A stretch of 64,000 nucleotides of DNA from assembly GCA_040954595.2 (NCBI GenBank), contig CM082586.2, positions 12,307,337-12,371,336 on the forward strand, given 5' to 3'. The notes under the pieces were generated by a model, which worked only from the letters and a program-made list of their open reading frames with translations, ran no database searches and was not told the origin of the DNA. The number at the start of each line of letters is the position of its first letter. The stretch's first letter is position 1. Made by a program: the position numbers and the translations under genes. This stretch comes from Balanoglossus misakiensis (Eukaryota > Animalia > Hemichordata). Of this stretch, positions 37,949 to 48,527 are shown in pieces.

Positions 37949-39109
37949 TAGTGCAGGAGCTAACCCCACATTTTGGCATAATTGTGCAATTTGGGTTAAA
38001 AGCATAAAACTTGGTACACTTATGCATTGACCCGTGGCGGCCGTTTTCTGATATGGATCCAAAATTACAGCGCCCTCTAGTGGCCAGAAAAGACATTCAT
38101 ACTTAAAAATTGTGCACTTTGGGTTAAAAGCATGAAATTTGGTACAATTATTCATTGACCCATGGCGGACATTTTCCAATATGGATCCCAAAAGACAGCG
38201 CCCTCTAGTGGCTAGAAACTGACATTTACACTTTTCCCTCCATTAATGACACTTTTTGGGCAAGTTTAACACTCAGAGACAGGAATGTGGGTTGTAAAAC
38301 ATGCTTGCTCCCATACATTCCTTTGAATATTATCCTAATCCTGATGTACATGCATCAGATCAATCTTGTATGTTACTAATTGAACGATTTGTTCTTCGAA
38401 ATAACAACCAGTTCAATACACAAAGTCATGCAAAGGGGTAATACAACACCTCTTCTCCAGAAAGTCAAGGGTTCTCGAGAATACAGGCAGCATCTAAAGA
38501 ACATGTGCTGTGAGAAACCTAGCAAAGCTATATCAAACCAACAGAATCCCAGTGGAAATCAAGTTGGACAACTCTTAGTCAAGCCCAAGAAAAGAGTCAA
38601 CCTCAGGAAATCAGTGGCCAAAAGTCATGCACATGATTCTGTAGGTGCTTTAGGTCTAGTCTGACAGCAGTGGTCATTGTTACTGTGAAGGAAGATGTAA
38701 TCAAGATTGATCTGATACATGTATATCAGGATTAGGATAATATACACATGAATGTATGGTAGCAAGCATGTTTTACAACCCACATTCCTGTTTCTGAGTG
38801 TTACAAATGACCAAAAAGTGCCATTAATGGGGGAAAGTGTGAATGTCAGTTTCTGGCCACAAGAGGGCGCTGTCATTTGGATCCATATCAGAAAATGGCC
38901 GCCATGGGTCAATGCATAAGTGTACCAAGTTTCAGGCTTTTAACCCGAAGTGCACGGTTTTTAAGTATGAATGTCTGTTTCTGGCCACTAGAGGGCGCTG
39001 TCATTTTGGATCCATATCAGAAAATGGCCGCCATGGGTCAATGCATAAGTTTACCAAGTTTCATGCTTTTAACCCAAAGTGCACGATTTTTTTGTTAACT
39101 GCCCCACTA
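37949..39109. mobile_element. Fold-back MITE copy 3 (mismatched flanks ACA/CTA)
   Basis: Nearly identical to copies 1 and 2; right flank matches the MITE-free site GGCTAGAGGG at about 59155. Confidence 0.88.
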
Positions 39110-39895
39110 CTAGAGGGCTCCTAAACCTCCCTAATATTTGACGTTTTCACTCCTACAGGACTGCGCAGCTGGAAGTTACAGTTCAGCATGTTCTGAAGCA
39201 TGCACGCTGTGTCCAAGGGTTTCATGTGTGGAACAGCCAGCCTCTCATCACCAACACAATGCGACAGGGATATTTTGCCAACAATGGAAGTATAGACTGT
39301 ACGCCTTGTCCTGCCCTGGGTATAAGTGCCAATATGATGGTATGTCGGAGCCAGAGGTGTGTGAAGATGGATACTACACTAATATAGAGGGTGAGTCAGC
39401 ACTTAAAGTTTGGGCATTACTGTGTAATCTTTCACTTAAGGCGGACGATCATCTTATGTGCATGTGCATTATTCTGTGCGTACAAACATTACGTCCAGTC
39501 TAAATATTCTGCCAATTTTACATCCAATGCATTCAAATAGTGGACTGCTTCGCTTTCATCCAGTTTTCATGTGCATCGTATAAGTAGACTTTTGTTTTGT
39601 CCCGTCTTTTCACCGAATTTGCTCTTGGTGTGTTAATTCTTTGTTTGATTTACAGATCAGCCGGTGCTGAACAGTGTACTATTTGTGAGCAAGGGTACGC
39701 CTGCACAGATCCCAGTGCATCGCAATTCAAGTGTACCAAGGGTTACGTGTCATTGGCTAGTGCAACAAACTGTACCAGATGTACAAATGGTAAGATTGTG
39801 GTACTTGTTCAGTTTGCTGTGTGATGAAACTGAGGGGTATGTCTGTATGCATGTATATGTTTACAACAGATTTTCAAGTCAGTGCGACTGGGGTT

Positions 39896-39896
39896 A

Positions 39897-39935
<39 letters not shown>

Positions 39936-39936
39936 G
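39896..39936. repeat. (TG)n/(TGTA)n microsatellite
   Basis: Seen directly; copy at about 60536-60576. Confidence 0.9.
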
Positions 39937-39984
39937 TTTACAACAGATTATCAACTCAGTGCGAGATCTTGCGAGACTTGGTTA

Positions 39985-40188
39985 TAGTGCAGGAGCTAAA
40001 CCCCACATTTTGGCATAATTGTGCACTTTGGGTTAAAAGCATAAAACTTGGTACACTTATGCATTGACCCGTGGTGGCCGTTTTCTGATATGGATCCAAA
40101 ATTACAGCGCCCTCTAGTGGCCAGAAAAAGACATTCATCCTTAAAAATTGTGCACTTTGGGTTAAAAGCATGAAATAAAAGCATGAAA
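39985..40188. mobile_element. Truncated fold-back MITE copy 4 (left arm only)
   Basis: Flanked by TTA/TTA; empty site GGTTAGCC at about 60619. Confidence 0.8.
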
Positions 40189-41371
40189 TTAGCCATGTGA
40201 GATCTCGCAGAGTCTTATGATATTCAGAAAATGGTTGATTAGAAATGACGTTTAATGTCCTCCAAACAATTTTCTACATGCCTGTATACTTGTCTCAGAA
40301 TTATGAAGTGAATCATCTCAAGTAATTTGTTATTTTAAATGACACTGTATCACAAATACTTCACTAAAAACCTCATTTTCTTTAATCAGATGAAATAAGT
40401 GAGGAGCCTGCACGCACATCCCGTCTTCTGTGCCCTGCTGGACAATCGTGTTCAGATCCAATGTAAGATCCGCTTGACTGTGGCAATGGTGAATCTGCTA
40501 TGGAAGGCGATGGCACATGCACGCCTTGTCCAGCAGGATCCAAGTGTCCAACCATGTCACCCGTAGTGGATTGTTCAACAGTTACTGGTAAGTTGGGCTG
40601 CAAATCACTCTTGTGACTTCCCTGTGTTATAGCATGACATACACAGAAAATTAAACTGGTATGCTCATTGGAGTTGATATTGTGATGCACTTTGAAAAAC
40701 ACAATGATTCCACTGAAGAGGTATTGTACAGTAACACCTGTGATTACGGACATCTCTCTAATAAGGGATCGTTGGACCAAACCAATCGTTCTTTGAATTT
40801 TTTCTGTGATAGGTTCATACTCGCTAGGTTCGGCCACGTCCTTCTGGTTATGAATGCACAACTACAAGTGTCACACAGTGCGCTACAGGGCAGTAAAGTG
40901 TTGAAGGAGGTAAGTCTTGAAATCTCTTTTCTACTGGTCTCGATTTGAACATGGTTCCACAAGTTGTTTACATCACTTTGTGAAAACACACCACGCTGGA
41001 TTGAGGTAGAAGTAAGGCTTTTAATACCCGAACAAGAAACTCGCTTAACAAAACTTAATAAATTACAGAGAAAAACACAAGTGTCAATAAATGAACAATA
41101 AAACAAAAATACACTAGTCTAGCTATTCAAATTAAAAAACGCTAATCTAAAATTGGGAGGGGGCCCCTTCAGTCAAGCGGTCGAACCTGGCCCTGTGGGT
41201 GAATCCATCCTGACAGGCCGAAATGTGAGGGAGGTTGTGCACTTCCCGAGAGATGGGGGTCAGGATGAAATCCAAGGCCCAAAACGAAGGAAGAATGACT
41301 GAAGTTGACCCCCAAAATAAAGGGAAGTGGAATAGAGGAAATGGGGTGAGATGTTGGAAATGGTGGGAGTG

Positions 41372-41937
41372 GGATCCTGGGGGACGGGTCGACCGTGCGA
41401 GCCCAGGTGGGAGCGTGGAATGAATGAGCCCAAGGGATCATAAAATGATGCGGCTTGGGGGGGGGGGTCCTGGGGGACGGGTCGACCGTGCGAGCCCAGG
41501 TGGGAGCGTGGAATGAATGAGCCCATGGGATCATAAAATGATGCGGCTTGGGGGGGAGGGGGGTCCTGGGGGACGGGTCGACCGTGCGAGCCCAGGTGGG
41601 AGCGTGGAATGAATGAGACAATGGAAAGATGTCACCCAAGGGATCATAACGTGATGCGGCTTGGGGGGAGGGGGGTCCTGGGGGACGGGTCGACCGTGCG
41701 AGCCCAGGTGGGAGCGTGGAACGAATGAGACAATGGAAAAAATGTCACCCAAGGGATCATAAAATGATGCGGCTTGGGGGGGAGGGGGGTCCTGGGGGAC
41801 GGGTCGACCGTGCGAGCCCAGGTGGAAACAAGAGGAACGAATGAGACAATGGAAAGATGTCGCTCAAGGGATCATTAAATGATGCGGCTTGGGTGGGTGT
41901 GGTCCTGGGGGACGGGTCGACCATACGAGCCCAGGTG
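41372..41937. repeat. GC-rich 100-125-bp tandem repeat (5 cores) in the retroelement 3' region
   Basis: Core TCCTGGGGGACGGGTCGACC(GTG/ATA)CGAGCCCAGGTG recurring. Confidence 0.9.
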
Positions 41938-41999
41938 ACATTGTGGTAAAACAAGAAAATGGAGGTAAACTTATCAGAAGGCAAGCGCGAGAAGAAACA

Positions 42000-43069
42000 C
42001 TAATGACTGGCAAGCACATGAAAAGCATGACGCAAGGAGGTCTCGGAGGTTCTAATATACAACTGGTAACAGTCACTAGACCATCTACCTAAGTACTGAA
42101 TTAGGTGATCGGGGATGCGAGGCGTAGCAGCCGTTGTTGCTGCCCCTATTCGGAAGGAATGTCCGGCGAATAGGTTGGCCTGAAGGCTGAGTCATGCCAG
42201 TACAGTACGAAGCGAAGTTATGAAAGTGTGACGGTCCATAGGGAGTCTGTCCGGCAGGAGAAACAGCGGTTCGCTCGGTGAGGCCTGCATAAGTTGGCGG
42301 ACGGTAACAAACCGAAGTAGCGTAGAGACTGGGCAAATCTGCGTATATGTTGGGAATAGGCGCAAGTCGAATCCACGACGCAATTGGTCGGTTTTGGACA
42401 TCTTGATGTGGACAGACAAAAAGTTAATGTGGGTATCCGAAGAGTTGATGCTAACGTCGCCAAGGCAGAGATTGGAACTTGCATGGAAGTGTTGGGTTGT
42501 TGTGGTGAATTCACTGCAACGGAGGAATCCTAAGAATGCCAGGAGGAAGGCTGACTCTAGCAAAAGGTCAAAGTACGCGCCAAATACACCTTGACGGAGG
42601 AGGAGACACATACGCCTGAGGATATCCGCAGTGATCAGTAAGCGTGGTCTGGTGGTAGATCCTTGCATCCTTTGAATACCCCTGAGGACGTTTTGGAGGC
42701 GTGGCAAAGACTGGCCGGTCGGTGACAGCAAGGGGTTGTGGTGACCGTACGTGATGTAGTGATTACGGATTCCTGCCAGGTAAACCTTGATTGTACTGAA
42801 TTTCAGATTGAGGTTGTCCGCACAGTGGGTAACGAAATAAACCAGCAAATCTTCAGACACAGGTGGCAGGGAAGTATGGTGTGAGACGTCTGCGAAGGCG
42901 CAAAAAGACATCCAGGCACGTACCCCAGACGTATACGATCCAGTGGTTCTTCGGCTTAGGGCTGCATCTTGGAACTTGCGTACGGCAGTGTTCAGTGGAA
43001 CATTACATCTGAGGGAATCCGGCAGGGAACTGGATCGGCCGCTGGGGCTTCGTTCCAAAACCGTGGCAT
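42000..43069 (-). pseudogene. Tyrosine recombinase with a nonsense codon (42192) and a frameshift
   Basis: GFLRCSEF, SKTDQ, then GHSFRIGAAT and LGRWSSDCYQLY beyond the stop. Confidence 0.92.
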
Positions 43070-44588
43070 CTGAAAACGAGAAAGGGAGTCAGCTAGAGAG
43101 TTCAGTCTACCTGGGATGTGCTTAGCGTGGAACATGAAGTTGTGTGTAGCTGCCAGGATGACCAATCGTCGCATCAATTTCATAATGCTGGGTGATTTCG
43201 AACGCCCTTTGTTGATGATGTGAACTGTGGCCGAATTGTCGCAGTGGAAGAGGATACGTTTTCGAGTCCATAGATGGCCCCATAACAGCGCTGCCACAAC
43301 AATGGGGTAGAGCTCTTGGAAGGCTATTGACAATGTGGGGTCGGAATCAAGTTGAAGACTTTTGCTCCACCGATCTTGGAACCATTGGCCTGCGAAATAG
43401 CCCCCGTAGCCAATACCGCTCGCGTCAGTGTAGAGATCCATGTCGGAGGCAACTATCATGTTGGGGTCAAGAAACATGGATACGCCGTTCCAGCTCTCAA
43501 GAAAGTTGTGCCACATAGCAAGGTCTAGTCTACTTTCCGCAGAAATGGAGATATGATGGTCTTGTCTTTGATAGCTCAATTAAACGCGAAATGAACGTGC
43601 GGCCGGGGACCACAACGCGACACGCGAAGTTTAGATGGCCAAGTAGGCTCAGCAACTGCCTTTTTGTGCAGGACTTGCGGTTGAGGAAGGAAGTGAGCAG
43701 CTCAAGGATTCTGGCTAGCTTGTCGCGAGGTAAGCGCGCCTCCATTTTGACAGTGTCGAGTATGATGCCGAGATACTCCAGGGAGGTAGTTGGGCCCACA
43801 GTTTTGTGTGGGGCGATAGGGATACCGAGACGAATAAACAGCAGAGTCAGCAAAGCCATGGTGCGATCAGCATCGAAGGACGGGGGGTCAACGGTGAGGA
43901 AATCATCCAGAAGATGGAAAATGGTCTTGATGCCGTAGACGTGGTGAGCAATCCAGGATACTGCGCAAGAAAGCGAATCAAAGATCTTCGGGCTAGAACG
44001 CGAACCGAATGGGAGAAGAACGAAGAAGTAGAATTGATCATCCCACTGGATACCATAGAGGTGCCATAGCGACGGGTGTATTGGTAACAGTTTGAAGGCA
44101 TCTACTATGTCAGTTTTGCAGAGCCACGAGCCTTTTCCTGACTTGAGGATGGAAGAAATAGCGTCGTCAATTTTAACGTAGGAAAGGCTGAATTCTTCCT
44201 TGTCAATGAGGTCATTGATGCTAGAGATCTCGGGGTCATTGCGCGGTGAGGAGAGGTCAACGATGAGACGCTTCTTTGTAGAATACTTCTTATCTGCCAG
44301 ACCGATTGGACTACAACGAAAATTTGCAAATGGGGGTTGGTCGAACGGGCCAGCTAGGTACCCCTTTTGCACTTCTGTATTTATCAGTTCGGAAACTGCT
44401 CGGGGCTGAGAACGCGCTGACAATAAATTCCAGCCGAAGAAGGAAGAGGAGGGTGCATTGCGGACGCCAGTGTGAAATCCCTGTTGCAGACCCGAGATGA
44501 GGTAGTTGACAAAGGCACGGTCGGGGTGAGAGGTCAAATGGTGGGCGAGGCTGTCGATCTCAATAGGTCTGGACGGCTTGGTGGGTAG
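42992..44588 (-). pseudogene. RT-RNase H with one frameshift (about 43565)
   Basis: RLIVDLS, LPFG, LLDDF, YTDAS, IAFQEL, HCDN, ADSLSRFQ. Confidence 0.92.
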
Positions 44589-45838
44589 TCAATTTTGGGG
44601 TCGCTGTTTGCCCGAGCACTTGCCCTGGGCTCTGCTGTGGTCGCCGGAGAAGCAGATTGAACAGCAATGGGCGAAGGAACAGTTATCTCTCTTGCAACCC
44701 GTGGGCGAATTGAAATTATTACAAAGTTCTTTACCCTGGTGGAAAACGCGGGGACAGCCTTTCCGGTCCTGTGATGACGATTGTGATGGTGCGGAGGAGG
44801 ATTGCGATGGTGCGGAGGTAGAGTTAACCGATTTCTTGCTGCCCGGGGCAAGTTGTGGACATATCTCGGTAGCGTGGGCTACACTTCCGCAAAGGTTGCA
44901 CAGGGCAGCCCGCAGCCCGGATAAAATAGAACAATATAAGGTGGTGTCCCGGCGCGACCAATCCACCTTAATGTTGTGGTTTAGCAGCAAAGCCGCGGCC
45001 CTAGCGGAAAATACACGGTGGTATTCATAAAAGGCCATGCCACTAAAACGATGCGACATGTCGACTATGTCCCTCTGGTATGAGTCCAATTCCTCGCGGC
45101 GATTCGGATAAACCTCGCACATAACGTTCTTGTAAACCGAGAAGGCGAGAATGAATTCTTGTATTGTGAGCGAGCGAGCAACCCGTGTATCATGCAAAGG
45201 TCGTAGCGACAGGGCCTCATCGCCGATTACAATGTGACGCTGGCTATCGTTGAAACTGTACCCCAGAATGAGGAGGCATGCCAAATTGACATCCTTACCT
45301 GCGAAGAGAGGGTGATACCAGTTCGACGTGCGGTAAATTTTCCGAGGAAATACCGTGAGAACGGAGCAGGTCATTGGTAGCGCCAGAATGGTTGTTGTTA
45401 GTGGCCGAGCCCCGGCCGCCATCTTGGAAAGCGTTGGTGTTTTGCTCCGCCTGGATGTGACGTCACCGGCGATGACGTCATGGGTGCGTTGTTGCTGAAC
45501 CCTGGATTTTGCTGTTCCAAAACTAAGCGCGTCAGGTTGTTGACAGAGTCTTGCAGAGATGTAAACATGGAAGTAGTTACATAATTGTTTTGCTGCTCTT
45601 GCCTACTGCCTTGGGGGACGTCGGAAAATTCAGGACTGGAACGACGATCGGCTGGAACTTCGTTGTTGTAGCCCTGAACAGAAGTCGCACAGTTCTCAGT
45701 GACCAGTCTATTCAGATCGGTGGTACTCGGCGACGCAGACACGGCATCCGGTGTCGCTGAAGAACGGGATTGAGCTCGGGTAGTCGGTCTGACGTACGGC
45801 TGAGCTGTTGGGACTCGTGATCGACGTCTGGCGGGCAT
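44589..45838 (-). pseudogene. Ngaro gag, frameshifted
   Basis: ATG at 45838; AGKDVNLA, FYEYH, CCHC and CCCH zinc fingers; frameshifts at about 45430 and 45303. Confidence 0.85.
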
Positions 45839-46189
45839 TTTTTCTTCAGTTAGAACACATAACGACGAAGAATGAAAAGGTTGAAATGGAGGAGTTACGT
45901 AGTAAATAAAGACGACGTGACCTGGCTCAAGCAGAGAACTGAATGAAGAGTGAATGAATGGGGAAACAAAGGACGGCCAGTCTGACGCTAAGGGCCGTGT
46001 GCACAGGCCAAGCTGATTGGTCGGAAACGAAGCAGTAAAGGTCAGCACCAGCGGCGCTGATTGGTCGAGGAAATGGAGGAGGGGCTAGTGAAGACCACCT
46101 CGGTGTGTTCACAAAAAACATCTGTGACACAACACAGATTTTACTTGTAGTTTTACATATTTTTTGAGTTCAACAGCTATGCTATACAT

Positions 46190-46760
46190 GGTGTCCTGAG
46201 AAGTCGACCAGTATGAGAAGTCGGTATCTGCCAGTACGAGAAGTCGGCCTGTGGGAGAGAACCCTGGTACTTTGTGTTATATAACTGTTTCACTACGAAA
46301 TGTTTCCTTGATGTACAGGAGCTGAGATATTTGTACAAATAGCCGATGAATTTTAAAACTGTCTGTTCACTTTGCATGTACGTCACCGGGGTACGTCAAC
46401 ATCAGTCACCTGCACTTCTTGCGCTGCGCCAGTAGTCTGTTCCTCGTCACGTTTGTTTGTTTGGTGTTGTCTCAAAGTATGCATATACACATACATCTTC
46501 TATGTATTTTAGTAGGATACGGGGCTGGGGAACTGGTACGGATGCCAGACGCCATTATTTGAAATGACGCCATTGTGTTGTCAAGAATTTGGGAAATCCG
46601 TCCAAATGAAAATATTTAGTGCAATTATATTATAAGTAATCTGGGTCATCACTGCACTATTCGGGTACAAGTTCAACAACTGGCCGACTTCTCGTACTGG
46701 CCGACTTCTCATACGCGCGTACTGGCCGACTTCTAATCTGGCCGACTTCTCATGTATTCC
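46190..46760. mobile_element. MITE with subterminal GAGAAGTCGGCC repeats and 7-8-bp TSD
   Basis: (C)TATACAT on both flanks; inverted arrays of the motif; longer copy at 61454-62462. Confidence 0.75.
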
Positions 46761-47879
46761 TATACATTAGTGAAAATTGGGGAAACTGGTGTTTTCAGAC
46801 AACTTATGAAGTCCCTTTCGCAATATTAACTCTAAAACAGCGGGTGATATTCCTTTTAAAATTTAACCAAATAAGCATACTTGAACTCTGTCATATCGGC
46901 AAAACACTCACTACACAAGCTGCTGTTATTCTACAGACATGACATGTGCTGATTGCGGCGTAGGTAACTACTGTCCAGATGGGTCAGACAGCCCCATTCC
47001 TTGTCCATCAAGTTATTATGCTGACACAGCCACAGAAGTATCCTGTACCCCTTGCGATCCAGGCTGTCAGTGTGCAGCAACATCACCCACTTGCCTGCAC
47101 ATCAAGAACCTACTCTCTGGGACCATCAACAACATGTACTCCCCTTCTACCAGGTTTGTAGTCATCTTAGTCGTAAAAACATATTTAAGGTGTTCTACCA
47201 GGTTTGTAGTCGTCTTAGTCGTAAAAACATATTTAAGGTGTTGCGCATCTCGAAATAAAGGGTCGTCTGATCATGTTTAAATTAATACTGATGATACTAT
47301 GACTTCTAAACATTTAATCTATGGAATAAAAATTGGGGGTCAACCATCTAGAGTTTTGAAAAAGCGCCCTTTATCTAGCACCTCTTTCAGATTTTGCCAG
47401 GCTCGTAGATTTTTGTAAAATGGCCTCAAAAATAAGAATTTTGGGAGGTTTGTCATATTTTTTCACCATTGTAGAATCTAAATGTTCTGAATTATTTTAT
47501 TTTTAGCAATTTTGAGATTGATTCATGTTCAGTATGATAATCGCATGTCAATACAACTGTTACATTAAAGGAAAAGTTCAAATCCGCCTAAAACCACATT
47601 GCATCGGTACCTAGTTAAGTTGTCCTCACTTCTGACGCAAAATTTTGATGTGCAATGCACGTGTCTGTGAAATTGACGAATAAAAAAATTGTATACCAGT
47701 GCAAAATTAAAAACTCCCTGTGCAGCCATCTTGGCAACTGCATACTGGGAAAAGTACTCGGATGATGACGAAAAAGTTTCGGGGTTCCGTGTAGTGCTAG
47801 CCCGGAATACAATGTTGGGTGCAGACTACAACTATGGAAAAGAGATACAGAATGTCATGTGATATAGTAGTGAAAACAA

Positions 47880-48336
47880 TTATTATACATCTAGTGCCGA
47901 GAACAATAGATTTTGGCGTGCAATAAAAAGCCGTACGGAACGGTACGTACGGAACGCGTGTTAAATATGCCTTAGTTTCAAGGCGCCCCAAACTCACCGT
48001 GTACAGGTATGCGTTGTTTTGCGGAAGGTTTCAAGACACCCCCGTTCCAACGCACGTGCGCACACGTAAACAAAAAAGAAAGATGGCTGCTCACTGAGTC
48101 AACAGAGCGATTTTCGATCGATTGTATCGGCATTTTGGGCGTTTTGAAAGCCAAGTAACATGCAAAACAAGAACTAACGGAGATATAAGATGTATAATAA
48201 TAAGGTTATTACGAAAATACCGCAAAGTATGCACTCGGACATTAGCGCAGCGCATCGCCCTCCGCTGCACGTCGGGCGATACTCAGCGCTAATGTCCTCG
48301 TGCATACTTTGCGGTATTTTCGTAATAACCTCATAA
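47880..48336. mobile_element. TIR block plus 140-bp hairpin element (Crypton-like non-autonomous)
   Basis: TATTATACATCT..AGATGTATAATA, then a palindrome at 48203-48331; absent at paralog about 63516. Confidence 0.65.
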
Positions 48337-48527
48337 TACACGTTGGTTCACGTATTTCAGTGGGTGGATTTTCATGTGTGCGCTATGGCCGCCAGGCAAC
48401 CCTCGGTACGGTCAGCTCACAGCCTTGTGAAATACCTGGACTGTTAGACAAAAGATGCTTGTTTTGGACGCTGTCAGACTCAGAGGTGCCAAATTGATAA
48501 TTGATACTTTCATTTTTGTTTTGGCAG

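Larger units (their letters stand above)
40980..46112 (-). mobile_element. Ngaro-type DIRS retrotransposon family 2, degenerate
   Basis: gag, RT/RH and YR present; short inverted termini; absent from the paralog at about 61408. Confidence 0.92.
39159..47153 (+). pseudogene. Cys-rich (GCC2/GCC3, ephrin-receptor-like CPxGxxC repeat) exons: 39159-39390, 39656-39789, 40390-40587, 40813-40909, 46937-47153
   Basis: AG/GT-bounded; CTICEQGYAC, CTPCPAGSKCP, CGVGNYCPDG; several stops and frameshifts. Confidence 0.8.

Noticed and set aside
40382-40861. 159-aa minus-strand ORF (also 60805-61293)
   Set aside because: Antisense shadow of + strand Cys-rich exons and an intron.
41372-41937. CRISPR array or HDV/hammerhead ribozyme repeats
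   Set aside because: Inter-core sequences are homologous to one another; no CUGAUGA/GAAA core or convincing nested pseudoknot could be built.
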